Source: an uncultured Candidatus Rokubacteria bacterium (GTDB lineage: Bacteria; Methylomirabilota; Methylomirabilia; Rokubacteriales; CSP1-6). Taken from it: DNA of 64,000 nt. Within the stretch, counting starts at the first letter, position 1; the number at the start of each line of letters is the position of its first letter. Location of the stretch: assembly GCA_963754315.1 (NCBI GenBank), contig CAVWFS010000019.1, positions 768,001-832,000 on the forward strand. Direction: 5' to 3'. A program made the position numbers and the translations under genes. Below are positions 19,156 to 27,749 of the stretch, in pieces. The notes under the pieces were generated by a model. It had not been told where the DNA came from and searched no databases. It was given only the letters and a program-made list of their open reading frames with translations.

Positions 19156-20028
19156 GTGAAGCTGCCCTCGGAGCGCTTCGATTACTCGCCGATCATCAGC
19201 CGGCGCCCCTGGCGGCTTCCCAAGGGCGCCCGCCTTGCGGTATGGACGATCGTGAACATCGAAGACTGGGACATCCAGCGGCCCATGGCCCGCCAGTACC
19301 TCACGGCGCCGCAAGGGGTGTCGACCGTCCCGGATGTGCCCAACTGGGCGTGGCACGACTACGGGATGCGGGTGGGGTTCTGGCGACTCCTGGAAGCGCT
19401 CGGCAAGCGCAAGCTGCGAGCAACCACCTCCATCAACGCCCGGGTGTGCCAGAGTTACGAGCCGGTGGCGCGCGCCATGCTAGACGCCGGTTGGGAGTTC
19501 ATGGGACACGGGGTCGTCCAGGGGGCGCTTCACCTGGTCCCGGACCAGCGCGCAACTATCCGCGAGTCGATGGAGATCATCCAGAAATTCACCGGCAAGA
19601 AACCCCGGGGGTGGCTCGGCCCGGGCCTCACGGAGACGTGGGACACGCTCGACCTCCTGGCCGAGGAGGGGATCGAGTACGTCTCCGACTGGGTCAACGA
19701 CGACCAGCCGTATGAGATCCGCACGACGGCGGGACCGCTCGTGTCCGTGCCCTATACCCTGGAGCTGAACGACATCCCGGTGATGGTCATCCAGCATCAT
19801 GCCTCCCAGGCATGGGTCCAGCGCTGCCGGGACCAGTTCGACCGCCTCTACGCCGAGGGGGCCCGGAACCCTCGGGTGATGGCGATCGCCGTCCACCCGT
19901 ACATTTCCGGTGTCCCGCATCGGATCAAGTACTTCGAGGGCGTCTACGATTACATGCGCAAGCACAAGGGGGTCTGGTTCACCACTGGCGAGGAGATCTA
20001 CGAGTGGTGGAAGACGACCCGACTCTAG
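19156..20028 (+). CDS. Polysaccharide deacetylase family protein (PuuE/allantoinase-like)
   Basis: YSPIISR, DYGMRVGFWR, GWLGPGL, DDQPY, PYTLELND, HPYISG; AAGGAGG RBS. Confidence 0.85.
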   Translation: MKLPSERFDYSPIISRRPWRLPKGARLAVWTIVNIEDWDIQRPMARQYLTAPQGVSTVPDVPNWAWHDYGMRVGFWRLLEALGKRKLRATTSINARVCQSYEPVARAMLDAGWEFMGHGVVQGALHLVPDQRATIRESMEIIQKFTGKKPRGWLGPGLTETWDTLDLLAEEGIEYVSDWVNDDQPYEIRTTAGPLVSVPYTLELNDIPVMVIQHHASQAWVQRCRDQFDRLYAEGARNPRVMAIAVHPYISGVPHRIKYFEGVYDYMRKHKGVWFTTGEEIYEWWKTTRL

Positions 20029-20070
20029 CCACCCTTTACTCCCCACGTCCGTCCCACGGGAGGTCCAATC

Positions 20071-20544
20071 ATGAACGGCGCTCGCTTCGGCCAGCCGGCA
20101 CCCGATTTCGCACTTCCCGCCACGAGCCAACCCGAGATCACGCTGTCGTCTTTCAAGGGCAAGTCCGACGTCGTTCTCGTCTTCTATTGCTACGACTGGG
20201 GCACCATCTGAACGCCGGAGCTCACCGACCTGGTCAAGGTCGAGCCGCGCATCCGAGAGCGCGGGGCCACGGTGCTGGCCATCAGCGCTGATAGCACGCT
20301 ATCGCACGCGGCCTGGCACAAGGCGCACAACTTTCCCTTCCCGCTCCTGAGCGACATTCACCGGACGGTAATCCGCGCGTACGGTGTGCTGGACGAGGCA
20401 CGCAACGTGGCCTGGCGTTCGACGTTCATCGTGGACCGTGACGGCGTCCTGCGCTGGGGTCAGGCGGGCGACCGGCACATGGTACGGGACGGCGCGGAGA
20501 TCCTTCGCGTGCTCGGTATCATCGCGAGCGTCAGGGGCGCGTAG
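20071..20544 (+). CDS. Selenocysteine-containing peroxiredoxin (AhpC/TSA, AhpE/BCP-like), Sec47 (157 aa)
   Basis: ATG 20071 after GGGAGG; APDFALP...VVLVFYCYDWGTI-U(TGA 20209-20211)-TPEL...VLAISAD...FPLLSD...YGV...RSTFIVDRDG is one continuous frame. Confidence 0.88.
20220..20245 (+). promoter_or_regulatory. Putative bacterial SECIS element
   Basis: GCT-CAC-CGACCT-[GGTCA]-AGGTCG-AGC hairpin; first loop G is 21 nt after the UGA. Confidence 0.7.
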
Positions 20545-20547
20545 TCC

Positions 20548-22131
20548 CTAGCCGCGCCTTTTGCGGCTCCGGAGATCGATCACGCCTGTCCGCTGACGCG
20601 GATCGTCTCCGCGCGGGAAGATCTGACCCTTCTGCACCTTCTGGGTTCCGGTAGTCGGCAGGCGGTCCACGAATAGCATCCAGCCCGGGGCCTTGAAGTA
20701 GGCGAGCCGAGCCAGACACCAGTCGAGGAGACGATCGGCCAGCGCAGCGTCACCAGAGACTCCCGGTACGGGAACGACGCAGGCCATGACCTCCTCCTCG
20801 CGGATCTCATCGGGCACCGCCAGCACCGCCACCTGCGCCACCGCCTCATGGGCCTGCAGGATTGCCTCGATTTCGGCGGCAGCAATGTTCTCACCCGAGC
20901 GGCGAATGATGTTCTTCTTGCGATCGACGAAGACCAACATGCCGTCGGCCATCTGCCGGACGACATCACCGGTGTGAAACCAACCACCTCGCCACGCTTC
21001 TTCCGTAGCCTCCGGGTTCTTGAGATAGCCTGAGAAGAAACCGCGGCGAGGATCGGGCCCGGCGCACCGTACGATGAGCTCGCCTTCGCTGCCGTGCGGC
21101 ACCGTGCGGTCATCATCGTCAACGACGCGTGCCTCCAGCTCGCCGCGGGGCCGTCCGAAGGCACGGGAGTGAATCTGGCGGGGCTCGACGTTGTCAGCAT
21201 AGAGGCGCCCGGTCTCGGTCATCCCCCACACCTCGATCAGCGGGAACCCGAAGCGCTTCTCGAACTGCGCGTGCAGCTCCGGTTCCACGCCGGCCCCGAG
21301 GCCGAACCTCACGTGATGCGCACGCTCCTCGGGCCGTGGCGGCTGTTTCAACAGAAGGGGAGGCATCACACCGAGATAGTGGATGACGGTGGCCCGCGCG
21401 GCCGCGACGTCCTGCCACCAGCGTCCCGGACTGAACCGCTCGGGCATGGCCAGGCAATTCGCGGTCAGGATGCACATGGTCGCGGTGATCCCCTGGCTGT
21501 TCACGTGATAGAGCGGGAGGGGATTGAGGACGCGTTCGGCTCCATGCTCGAATCGGACCAGGCCGCCGAGGTCGCGATACCAGGCCGCGGAGTTCAGGTA
21601 GTAGTAGTTGGTCAGAATGCATCCCTTCGGCCGGCCGGTTGTCCCCGACGTGTAAAGGAGGCTGCACTCGGTATCGAATCCCGGTGCCTCCTCTCGCGGC
21701 GCCGTCTCGGGTTTCGGCAGCCTGTCGGGGAGGCTCGCCGCATCGACGATGGGCAGCGGTTTCGAGCGCTCTCGCGCGACGACCTCGAGATCGGCCACGC
21801 GCGTGGCCAAGCACACGACGAGGTCGGCCTCCGAGTGATCCATCTGGTACACCATCTCGTCCCGCTGGTAGTCAGGGTTGATGGGCACGATCCCGCAGCC
21901 CAGGCCGTTCAGGGCGAGATAGTGAAAAAAGAACTCAGGGCGGTTTTCGAGGAGCAGGGCGACTCGATGGCCGTGCCCGTAGCCGGCGGCGGCATACCGT
22001 TCGCGCAGCTCCAGCACCTGTCCGCGGGTCTGGGCGTAGGTGTACTCGATGCCATCCGGGAAGTAGGCGCGGCCGGGCGCGGGCGGAGCGCAGAAGAAGG
22101 CGTTATCGGGCCGCTGGGCGGCCGTGGTCAT
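20548..22131 (-). CDS. AMP-binding acyl-CoA ligase (CaiC-like)
   Basis: YTSGTTGRPKG, WGMTET, WFHTGD, RRSGENI, TGTQK. Confidence 0.9.
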   Translation of the reverse strand: MTTAAQRPDNAFFCAPPAPGRAYFPDGIEYTYAQTRGQVLELRERYAAAGYGHGHRVALLLENRPEFFFHYLALNGLGCGIVPINPDYQRDEMVYQMDHSEADLVVCLATRVADLEVVARERSKPLPIVDAASLPDRLPKPETAPREEAPGFDTECSLLYTSGTTGRPKGCILTNYYYLNSAAWYRDLGGLVRFEHGAERVLNPLPLYHVNSQGITATMCILTANCLAMPERFSPGRWWQDVAAARATVIHYLGVMPPLLLKQPPRPEERAHHVRFGLGAGVEPELHAQFEKRFGFPLIEVWGMTETGRLYADNVEPRQIHSRAFGRPRGELEARVVDDDDRTVPHGSEGELIVRCAGPDPRRGFFSGYLKNPEATEEAWRGGWFHTGDVVRQMADGMLVFVDRKKNIIRRSGENIAAAEIEAILQAHEAVAQVAVLAVPDEIREEEVMACVVPVPGVSGDAALADRLLDWCLARLAYFKAPGWMLFVDRLPTTGTQKVQKGQIFPRGDDPRQRTGVIDLRSRKRRG

Positions 22132-22151
22132 GAAGGCTCCGAATACGGTGG

Positions 22152-24153
22152 TCAGCGACTCGCCTCCGAAGGGCTATCACCATCGAACGCCAGGATGGCA
22201 TCGATGAAGCGCGCCCCGAACTGTTCGGATTTCCACACGCCAACGCCTTTGACCGCCAGAAACGCCGCAGGCGTGGCCGGCCGCAGCCGAGCGAGCTCAC
22301 GCAGGGTCAGGTCGCTGAAGATTATGTAGGGCGGGACCTTGCGCTCGTCGGCCAACTCGCGCCGCACCTGGCGAAGCACCTCGAACAGGTTGTTTGTCTA
22401 TATGGGGGGCCTCGAAAGGGCCCCCCAGGCCCCCCATACGTTCGGGGCGCCCCGGGATACCCGGGGCACCCCTCTGGATCCCGCCAGCTTCCCGGGCCTC
22501 GAAAGGGCCCCCGCATGGGCCCCGCGTACCGGGCCTGACCCTCCGGGCCTCGAAGGGCCGCCGGGGTGCTCCTCTGTCAGACGCGGTGACGACCGAATCG
22601 GCACGTCGGCGGTGGCGCATCACGCGGCTGAGGGGTCCGGCGGGCGTCTCGCCCCGGAGGACCTGGGCGCCACGCTTCGTCAGGGCGACGGTGGGGTACT
22701 CGCCAGGTGTGCGCGCGAGGAGCCCTTGACCGACGAGCTGATCGATCCAGGCACGCGCGTCGCGCTTGGCGACATCGCCAAGGGCACGGTACGAATCGCT
22801 GCGGTCGTGTTCGAGAGCACGGATGCGGTCGGTCGAGGCGCCGGTGAGCACGTCGGCCACGTGGGCGGCGCCAAAACGTCCCCGCAGCTCGGCCACCGCA
22901 CGGAGAATCGTGGTGACGATCTCCTGCGCGCCGTCAACCGAGGCCACCTCGCCCAGACAGACATCGCATCGACCGCAGCTCGGCGCTGGGTACTCCTGAC
23001 CAAAGTACATAGCCAGCGCGCGATGGCGGCAGACGGCGTTCCGACAGAAGGCGAAGATTTCACCGAGCTTGCGCACAGCCCCGGGTGCCGTCGCCGCCTC
23101 GGTCTCCAGCAGTGACTTCCAGGCTGCGTAGTCCGCGCCGCTCCAGAGCAGTAGGCACTCCGCTTCCAATCCGTCGCGGCCGGCGCGCCCGGCCTCCTGT
23201 TGGTAGTGCTCGAGTGATTTCGGCATGCCCGTGTGGACGACGTAGCGCACGTTGGAGCGATCGATGCCCATGCCAAAGGCGACCGTGGCGACCACGATGT
23301 CCACACGCTCCCTGACGAAGGCGTCCTGGTTGGCACGACGTACGTGGTCAGGAAGACCTGCGTGGTACGGGACCGCACGCAGACCACGTCCGACAAGGGC
23401 GGCGCCCAGCTCATCGACCTCCGAACGGCGAATGCAATACACGATACCCGCTTGATCGCGGTGGCGATCGATGGCGGCGAGGACCTGGCGCAACCGGTCG
23501 GCACGCGATTGCACACGATAGACCAGGTTGGGTCGGTCGACCGGGCCGACGAGTGTCGCGGGGCGCGTCAGGCGCAGCTCGCTGACGATGTCGGCCTGCA
23601 CCTCTCGGGTGGCGGTGGCGGTGTAGGCATGGACGGCCGTACCCGGAAAGCTTTCCTTCAGTCCGCGGAGCTGACGGTATTCGGGACGAAAGTCGTGACC
23701 CCACTGGCTGATGCAATGAGCTTCATCGATCGCGAAGAACGTCGGACGAGCCAACCGGAGCCTTTCCAAGAAGCCGGGCATCGTCAGCCGCTCTGGCGCG
23801 ATGTACAGAAGGGTGAGGCGGCCCGCCGCCAGCTCTCGATCGATCGCGGCACGTTCGGCCGGGGTCTGGCTGCTGTTCAAATAGGCGGCGCGGACTCCGT
23901 TCTGACGGAGAGCATCGACTTGGTCCTTCATGAGTGCAATGAGTGGGGACACCACGACCGCGAGATGGTCGAGATGCACGGCCGGCGCCTGGTAGCAGAT
24001 CGACTTTCCGCCACCCGTGGGCAGCACCACCAGCGAGTCTCGGCCCATGAGGACGGCACGTACGGCACGCTCCTGGAGCGGGAGGAAGGCGGAGTAGCCC
24101 CAGACGCGTCGGAGACTCTCCAGGACGGCAGCAACCTCGGCTGGCTCTGGCAC
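22152..24153 (-). CDS. recQ: DNA helicase RecQ (helicase, RQC, HRDC), with a +1 frameshift near 22392 and a palindromic element in the linker
   Basis: PTGGGKS, DEAHCISQWGHDFRPEY, QEAGRAGRDG, CxxCDxC; HRDC (LFEVLR...VPPYIIFSD) is in the adjacent frame. Confidence 0.92.
22402..22560 (+). repeat. Full palindromic element (22402-22475) plus two partial hairpin copies inside recQ
   Basis: ATGGGGGGCCTCGAAAGGGCCCCCC...CGTTCGGGGCGCCCCGGGATACCCGGGGCACCCCTCT; GGGCCTCGAA(A)GGGCC recurs near 22494 and 22545. Confidence 0.8.
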
Positions 24154-24198
24154 AGCTCGATGGTAGTCGAGGCTTCCTTCAGAAGAAACACGTGCACA

Positions 24199-24870
24199 AT
24201 GAGAGACATGGTGAGCATCGAGCCGTTCGAGTTCGTTCCGGACGGGGGACCGGCCGTGTACGGCTTCCTGCACCGTCCTGCGAAACCTGGAGGGGACGGC
24301 ATCATCCTCACGCATGGCGCCGGCTCAGACTCGGATGCTCCATTGCTGGTCGCGCTCGCTTCGGCATTCGCCGAGCGGAGTGTCGCCGCTCTCCGGTGCG
24401 ACTTGCCCTACCGGCAAGCGAGACGCCGCGGGCCGCCCTCACCGGCCACTGCCGAGCGCGATCGCGAGGGCATCCGTCAGGCTATTCGTGCCCTGCGCGG
24501 GATCGTCCGAGGAGCGATCTTCGTCGGCGGGCACTCCTATGGGGGCCGCCAGTGCAGCATGGTACTCGCCGAGGCGCCTGGCCTCGCCGAGGCTCTTCTG
24601 CTGCTTTCCTATCCCCTGCACCCGCCGGGTCGGCCTGCCGATCGCCGCTGCGCGCACCTGCCAAGCCTCCGAGTGCCGACTCTCTTCGTTCACGGAACGA
24701 CCGATCCGTTCGGGACCATCGAAGAGATCGAGGCGGGCCGCGCGCTGATCCCTGCCCGCACGGCGCTCCTCACGGTGAGAGCTGGGCACGATCTGGGTCA
24801 GGCTCGCGCCCGCGCCCCGCTGCCGGTCCTCGCCGAGCAGGTCGTCTCGAGCTTCCTCGAGGTTGTGTAG
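24199..24870 (+). CDS. Alpha/beta hydrolase (KANL3/Tex30-like)
   Basis: THGAGS, GGHSYGGR, SYPLHPPG, GTTDPFG, GH. Confidence 0.85.
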   Translation: MRDMVSIEPFEFVPDGGPAVYGFLHRPAKPGGDGIILTHGAGSDSDAPLLVALASAFAERSVAALRCDLPYRQARRRGPPSPATAERDREGIRQAIRALRGIVRGAIFVGGHSYGGRQCSMVLAEAPGLAEALLLLSYPLHPPGRPADRRCAHLPSLRVPTLFVHGTTDPFGTIEEIEAGRALIPARTALLTVRAGHDLGQARARAPLPVLAEQVVSSFLEVV

Positions 24871-24883
24871 TTCCAGTTCTCGG

Positions 24884-25531
24884 CTACCGCGATGCGGCGT
24901 TGATGCTGCTGTGGACCTTGGGTGAGTAGCCTGCGCGCAGAGCGTTGACTGTCGAGCGGGGAGTGAGCACGGCTACCCAACCGTGGCAACCGCGTACGGT
25001 AGGCTCGGCATACCCGGTCAGCGACCAGGCCCACAGCGCGCCGCCCCACACGAGATGGGGTGTCGGATGGTCAGGCCGAATCACGAAGACGCCGTCGGCA
25101 AGCTCGTCGAGGGCGGCGACAAAGACGTGCTGGGTACCATCGGGAAGCAGACGGTCCCGATGCATGACGCGATCGATGGAAGTGATCGGTGGCTCCCGGT
25201 CGCATCCGAGCGTCGGATTCCCCTTCAGCCAGGCCGCCTTGAATCGCCGATAGTCGGCGCGGCGGCACTCTGCACAGGGGCGGTGGCCCGCTGCCAGCGC
25301 GGTGGCTTCGTCCAGGAAGAACAGCTCGGTGTAGCGTCCCGGAGTCATGGGGGTTCGCCGACGGGCCTTGAAGGCAAGCACGCAGGTGACCCAGGCTCGA
25401 TAGCTTCCGACATGACGGCGGACGAGGCGGCGACTGCTGTCGTGCAGGCGCCCGCGGTTGCCCATGAGTGTTCCGCGGGCTGACGTCGCCACGATGTCGC
25501 CCTGGGGCGTGACCCGATTCTGCAGTGGCAC
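24884..25531 (-). CDS. Conserved hypothetical protein with an Ada-like metal-binding motif
   Basis: PLQNRVTP, GNRG.LH, YTELFFLDEATALAAGHRPCAECRR. Confidence 0.7.
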   Translation of the reverse strand: MPLQNRVTPQGDIVATSARGTLMGNRGRLHDSSRRLVRRHVGSYRAWVTCVLAFKARRRTPMTPGRYTELFFLDEATALAAGHRPCAECRRADYRRFKAAWLKGNPTLGCDREPPITSIDRVMHRDRLLPDGTQHVFVAALDELADGVFVIRPDHPTPHLVWGGALWAWSLTGYAEPTVRGCHGWVAVLTPRSTVNALRAGYSPKVHSSINAASR

Positions 25532-25617
25532 CCGTCTGACATACCATGAGGGGGGCCGTGCTATCGTGCGAAGTATGGGCCCGGTACCCGGGCGCCGGCA
25601 GAAGGAGGACAAGCTCC

Positions 25618-26076
25618 GTGAGCGAACCCGCCTGTGTGTTCTGTCCGGTGGTGGAGGCCCTCGCGAGCAACGAAACGTATCAGCCCGCTGGCTCCACCTC
25701 CGTGTATCGTCGGATCAAGGTCCTTCCGGCCTCCATCGCCATTCTCGGCAACGACCAGTTCTATCCCGGTTACTCGCTGGTGATCGCCAAGTCTCACGCC
25801 ACCGAGCTCTACCAGCTGCCCGAGCGAGAAAGCACCCAGTACTTCGAGGACATGCTGAAGGTGGCCAAGGCGATGGCGGCCGCCTTCACCCCCAACAAGA
25901 TGAACTACGAGCTGCTGGGAAACACGGTGGCGCACCTGCACTGGCATCTCTTCCCTCGCTACACGTGGGATCCCAACCCCACCCGGCCGACCTGGGAGCA
26001 CGCCCACGCGCCGAAGAGCCTGAGCCCGGGCGAGTATGCGAAAACCATCGCCGCTATCCGCCAACACCTTGCCTGA
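25618..26076 (+). CDS. HIT family hydrolase
   Basis: CVFC and histidine triad HLHWH (LLGNTVAHLHWHLFPR). Confidence 0.9.
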   Translation: MSEPACVFCPVVEALASNETYQPAGSTSVYRRIKVLPASIAILGNDQFYPGYSLVIAKSHATELYQLPERESTQYFEDMLKVAKAMAAAFTPNKMNYELLGNTVAHLHWHLFPRYTWDPNPTRPTWEHAHAPKSLSPGEYAKTIAAIRQHLA

Positions 26077-26143
26077 CGAGCGATTGCTGGGAGGCCCCTT
26101 CACCGAGCTGGCATCAGTCACCTGATTTCTCGAGGAGGACACT

Positions 26144-26623
26144 ATGGGAGCCCGTGCCGAGCAACTAGCCAACACGTTCGAGCAAGCGTGTCGTGACTTC
26201 AACGTCCTCGTGGAGCGTCTCACCGACGCGGAGTGGAAGAAGATCACCGCCGCCGATAAGTGGCCGGTCGGCGTGGTCGCCCATCACGTGGCCCAGGGGC
26301 ACGCCGGTATCATGGGCATTCTGCAAGCGGTCGCCAAGGGACAGTCCATGCCCAACGTCACCATGGACATGATCCACGACATGAACGCGAAACACGCCAA
26401 GGAGCATGCCAACACGACCAAAGTGGTGACGCTCGAGCTGCTGCAGACCAACGGCGCCAAGGCAGCGGAGGCCGTGCGGGGGCTGAGCGACGCCGATCTC
26501 GACCGCAGCGGCACCGTGCTGACCGGCATGCCTCCCATGTCGGCCGCACAAGTCATCGAGCGAATTCTCATCAACCACGTGAACGAGCACATGGGTAGCA
26601 TCCGCGCCACTGTCGGGCGTTAA
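26144..26623 (+). CDS. DinB family protein
   Basis: WPVGVVAHH and C-terminal HxxEH; AGGAGG RBS. Confidence 0.75.
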   Translation: MGARAEQLANTFEQACRDFNVLVERLTDAEWKKITAADKWPVGVVAHHVAQGHAGIMGILQAVAKGQSMPNVTMDMIHDMNAKHAKEHANTTKVVTLELLQTNGAKAAEAVRGLSDADLDRSGTVLTGMPPMSAAQVIERILINHVNEHMGSIRATVGR

Positions 26624-26639
26624 CGCGATCGAGGACTCG

Positions 26640-26673
26640 CGGGCGTCGGGGACGCCCCGGTCCCCGACGCCCG
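26640..26673. terminator. Hairpin between convergent genes (possible bidirectional terminator)
   Basis: 14-bp perfect stem CGGGCGTCGGGGAC/GTCCCCGACGCCCG with 6-nt loop. Confidence 0.6.
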
Positions 26674-26676
26674 TCG

Positions 26677-27702
26677 TTAACGGGTGCCCGCGTACTCCTT
26701 ACGGTGGAAATAGTTGGCGTTGTAGAACTGCAGCACGAGGTCGCGATAGACGGCTGGGGGGTAGCGCGGCGGGTTGTCGAGACCGACGCAACTGGGAAGA
26801 CACTCGATGACCGAGTCGACGTTGGGGCTGAAGAAGAACGCGATCGAGTAGCGGTCCTTCCCCGAATCGTTCACCACGCCGTGGGGCGTCGACAGGAACC
26901 GATCGTTCGACCACCGCTTCATCATGTTGCCAAGGTTGACGAGGAATGTGCCCGGAATGAGCGGGGGAGCCAGCCACTCACCGCTGGGCAGGCACACCGC
27001 CAGGCCCGGGACGTCCATCCGGGCCAGGATGGTGATGAACGAGTTGTCCGTGTGGGGCCCCTGCCCGAACTGCTCGTCGTCGTCCACGTCCTGAGGCGGA
27101 TAGTGCAGGAAGCGTAGATTGATGTGCGCCTCGTTCGCGAAGAACGGTGCGAAGTAGTCGGTCGGCATGTCGAGGGCACGGGCCAGCACGGGGAGCATCT
27201 GCTGTCCCACTCTCTCCAAGGTCTTGAAGTAGCCGACCATCGCCGACCGCATCCCGGGATGTCCCTCGGGCCACTGGTTGCGCCCGCGTAGAGGAGTGCC
27301 ACCCACCACGTCCGGGTGATCGGCGCCGCGATCGTGACTGATGAAGAAGCTCTCGTTGAAGTTGGGGCGGGTGGCCTTGTGGACGGTCGAGGCTCCCTGG
27401 ATACTCTGGTTCGGCGCCAGGTAGCCGATGTTGTTCTCGTTCAGCGCGAGCCGCTGTTTCGTCTCCAGGGGCAGCGCGTGGAACTCGCGCGACGCTGCGA
27501 AGGCGGCGTCGACGACCTGCGGGGCCACCCCGTGGCCCGCGAGATAGAAGAAGCCGACCCGTTCGCTTGCGCATCGCACCTCGCGCGCCACCGCGTCCAG
27601 GCCGCCCGGCTCGCGCTTGAAGGCAGGCGCGAAATCGATCACGGGAATAGCCTTGGTCGCCTCCTCGAGGTTCGTGACCGCCTTGGCCTTGAAAAGGTTC
27701 AT
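26677..27702 (-). CDS. Isopenicillin N synthase-family 2OG-Fe(II) oxygenase
   Basis: IPVIDF, GFFYLAGHG, LRFLHYP, HTD, STPH, RYS. Confidence 0.9.
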   Translation of the reverse strand: MNLFKAKAVTNLEEATKAIPVIDFAPAFKREPGGLDAVAREVRCASERVGFFYLAGHGVAPQVVDAAFAASREFHALPLETKQRLALNENNIGYLAPNQSIQGASTVHKATRPNFNESFFISHDRGADHPDVVGGTPLRGRNQWPEGHPGMRSAMVGYFKTLERVGQQMLPVLARALDMPTDYFAPFFANEAHINLRFLHYPPQDVDDDEQFGQGPHTDNSFITILARMDVPGLAVCLPSGEWLAPPLIPGTFLVNLGNMMKRWSNDRFLSTPHGVVNDSGKDRYSIAFFFSPNVDSVIECLPSCVGLDNPPRYPPAVYRDLVLQFYNANYFHRKEYAGTR

Positions 27703-27749
27703 GCGCCGATGGTAGCGCCCGCGCCTGACGAAAGCCAGGGTCCGATCCG

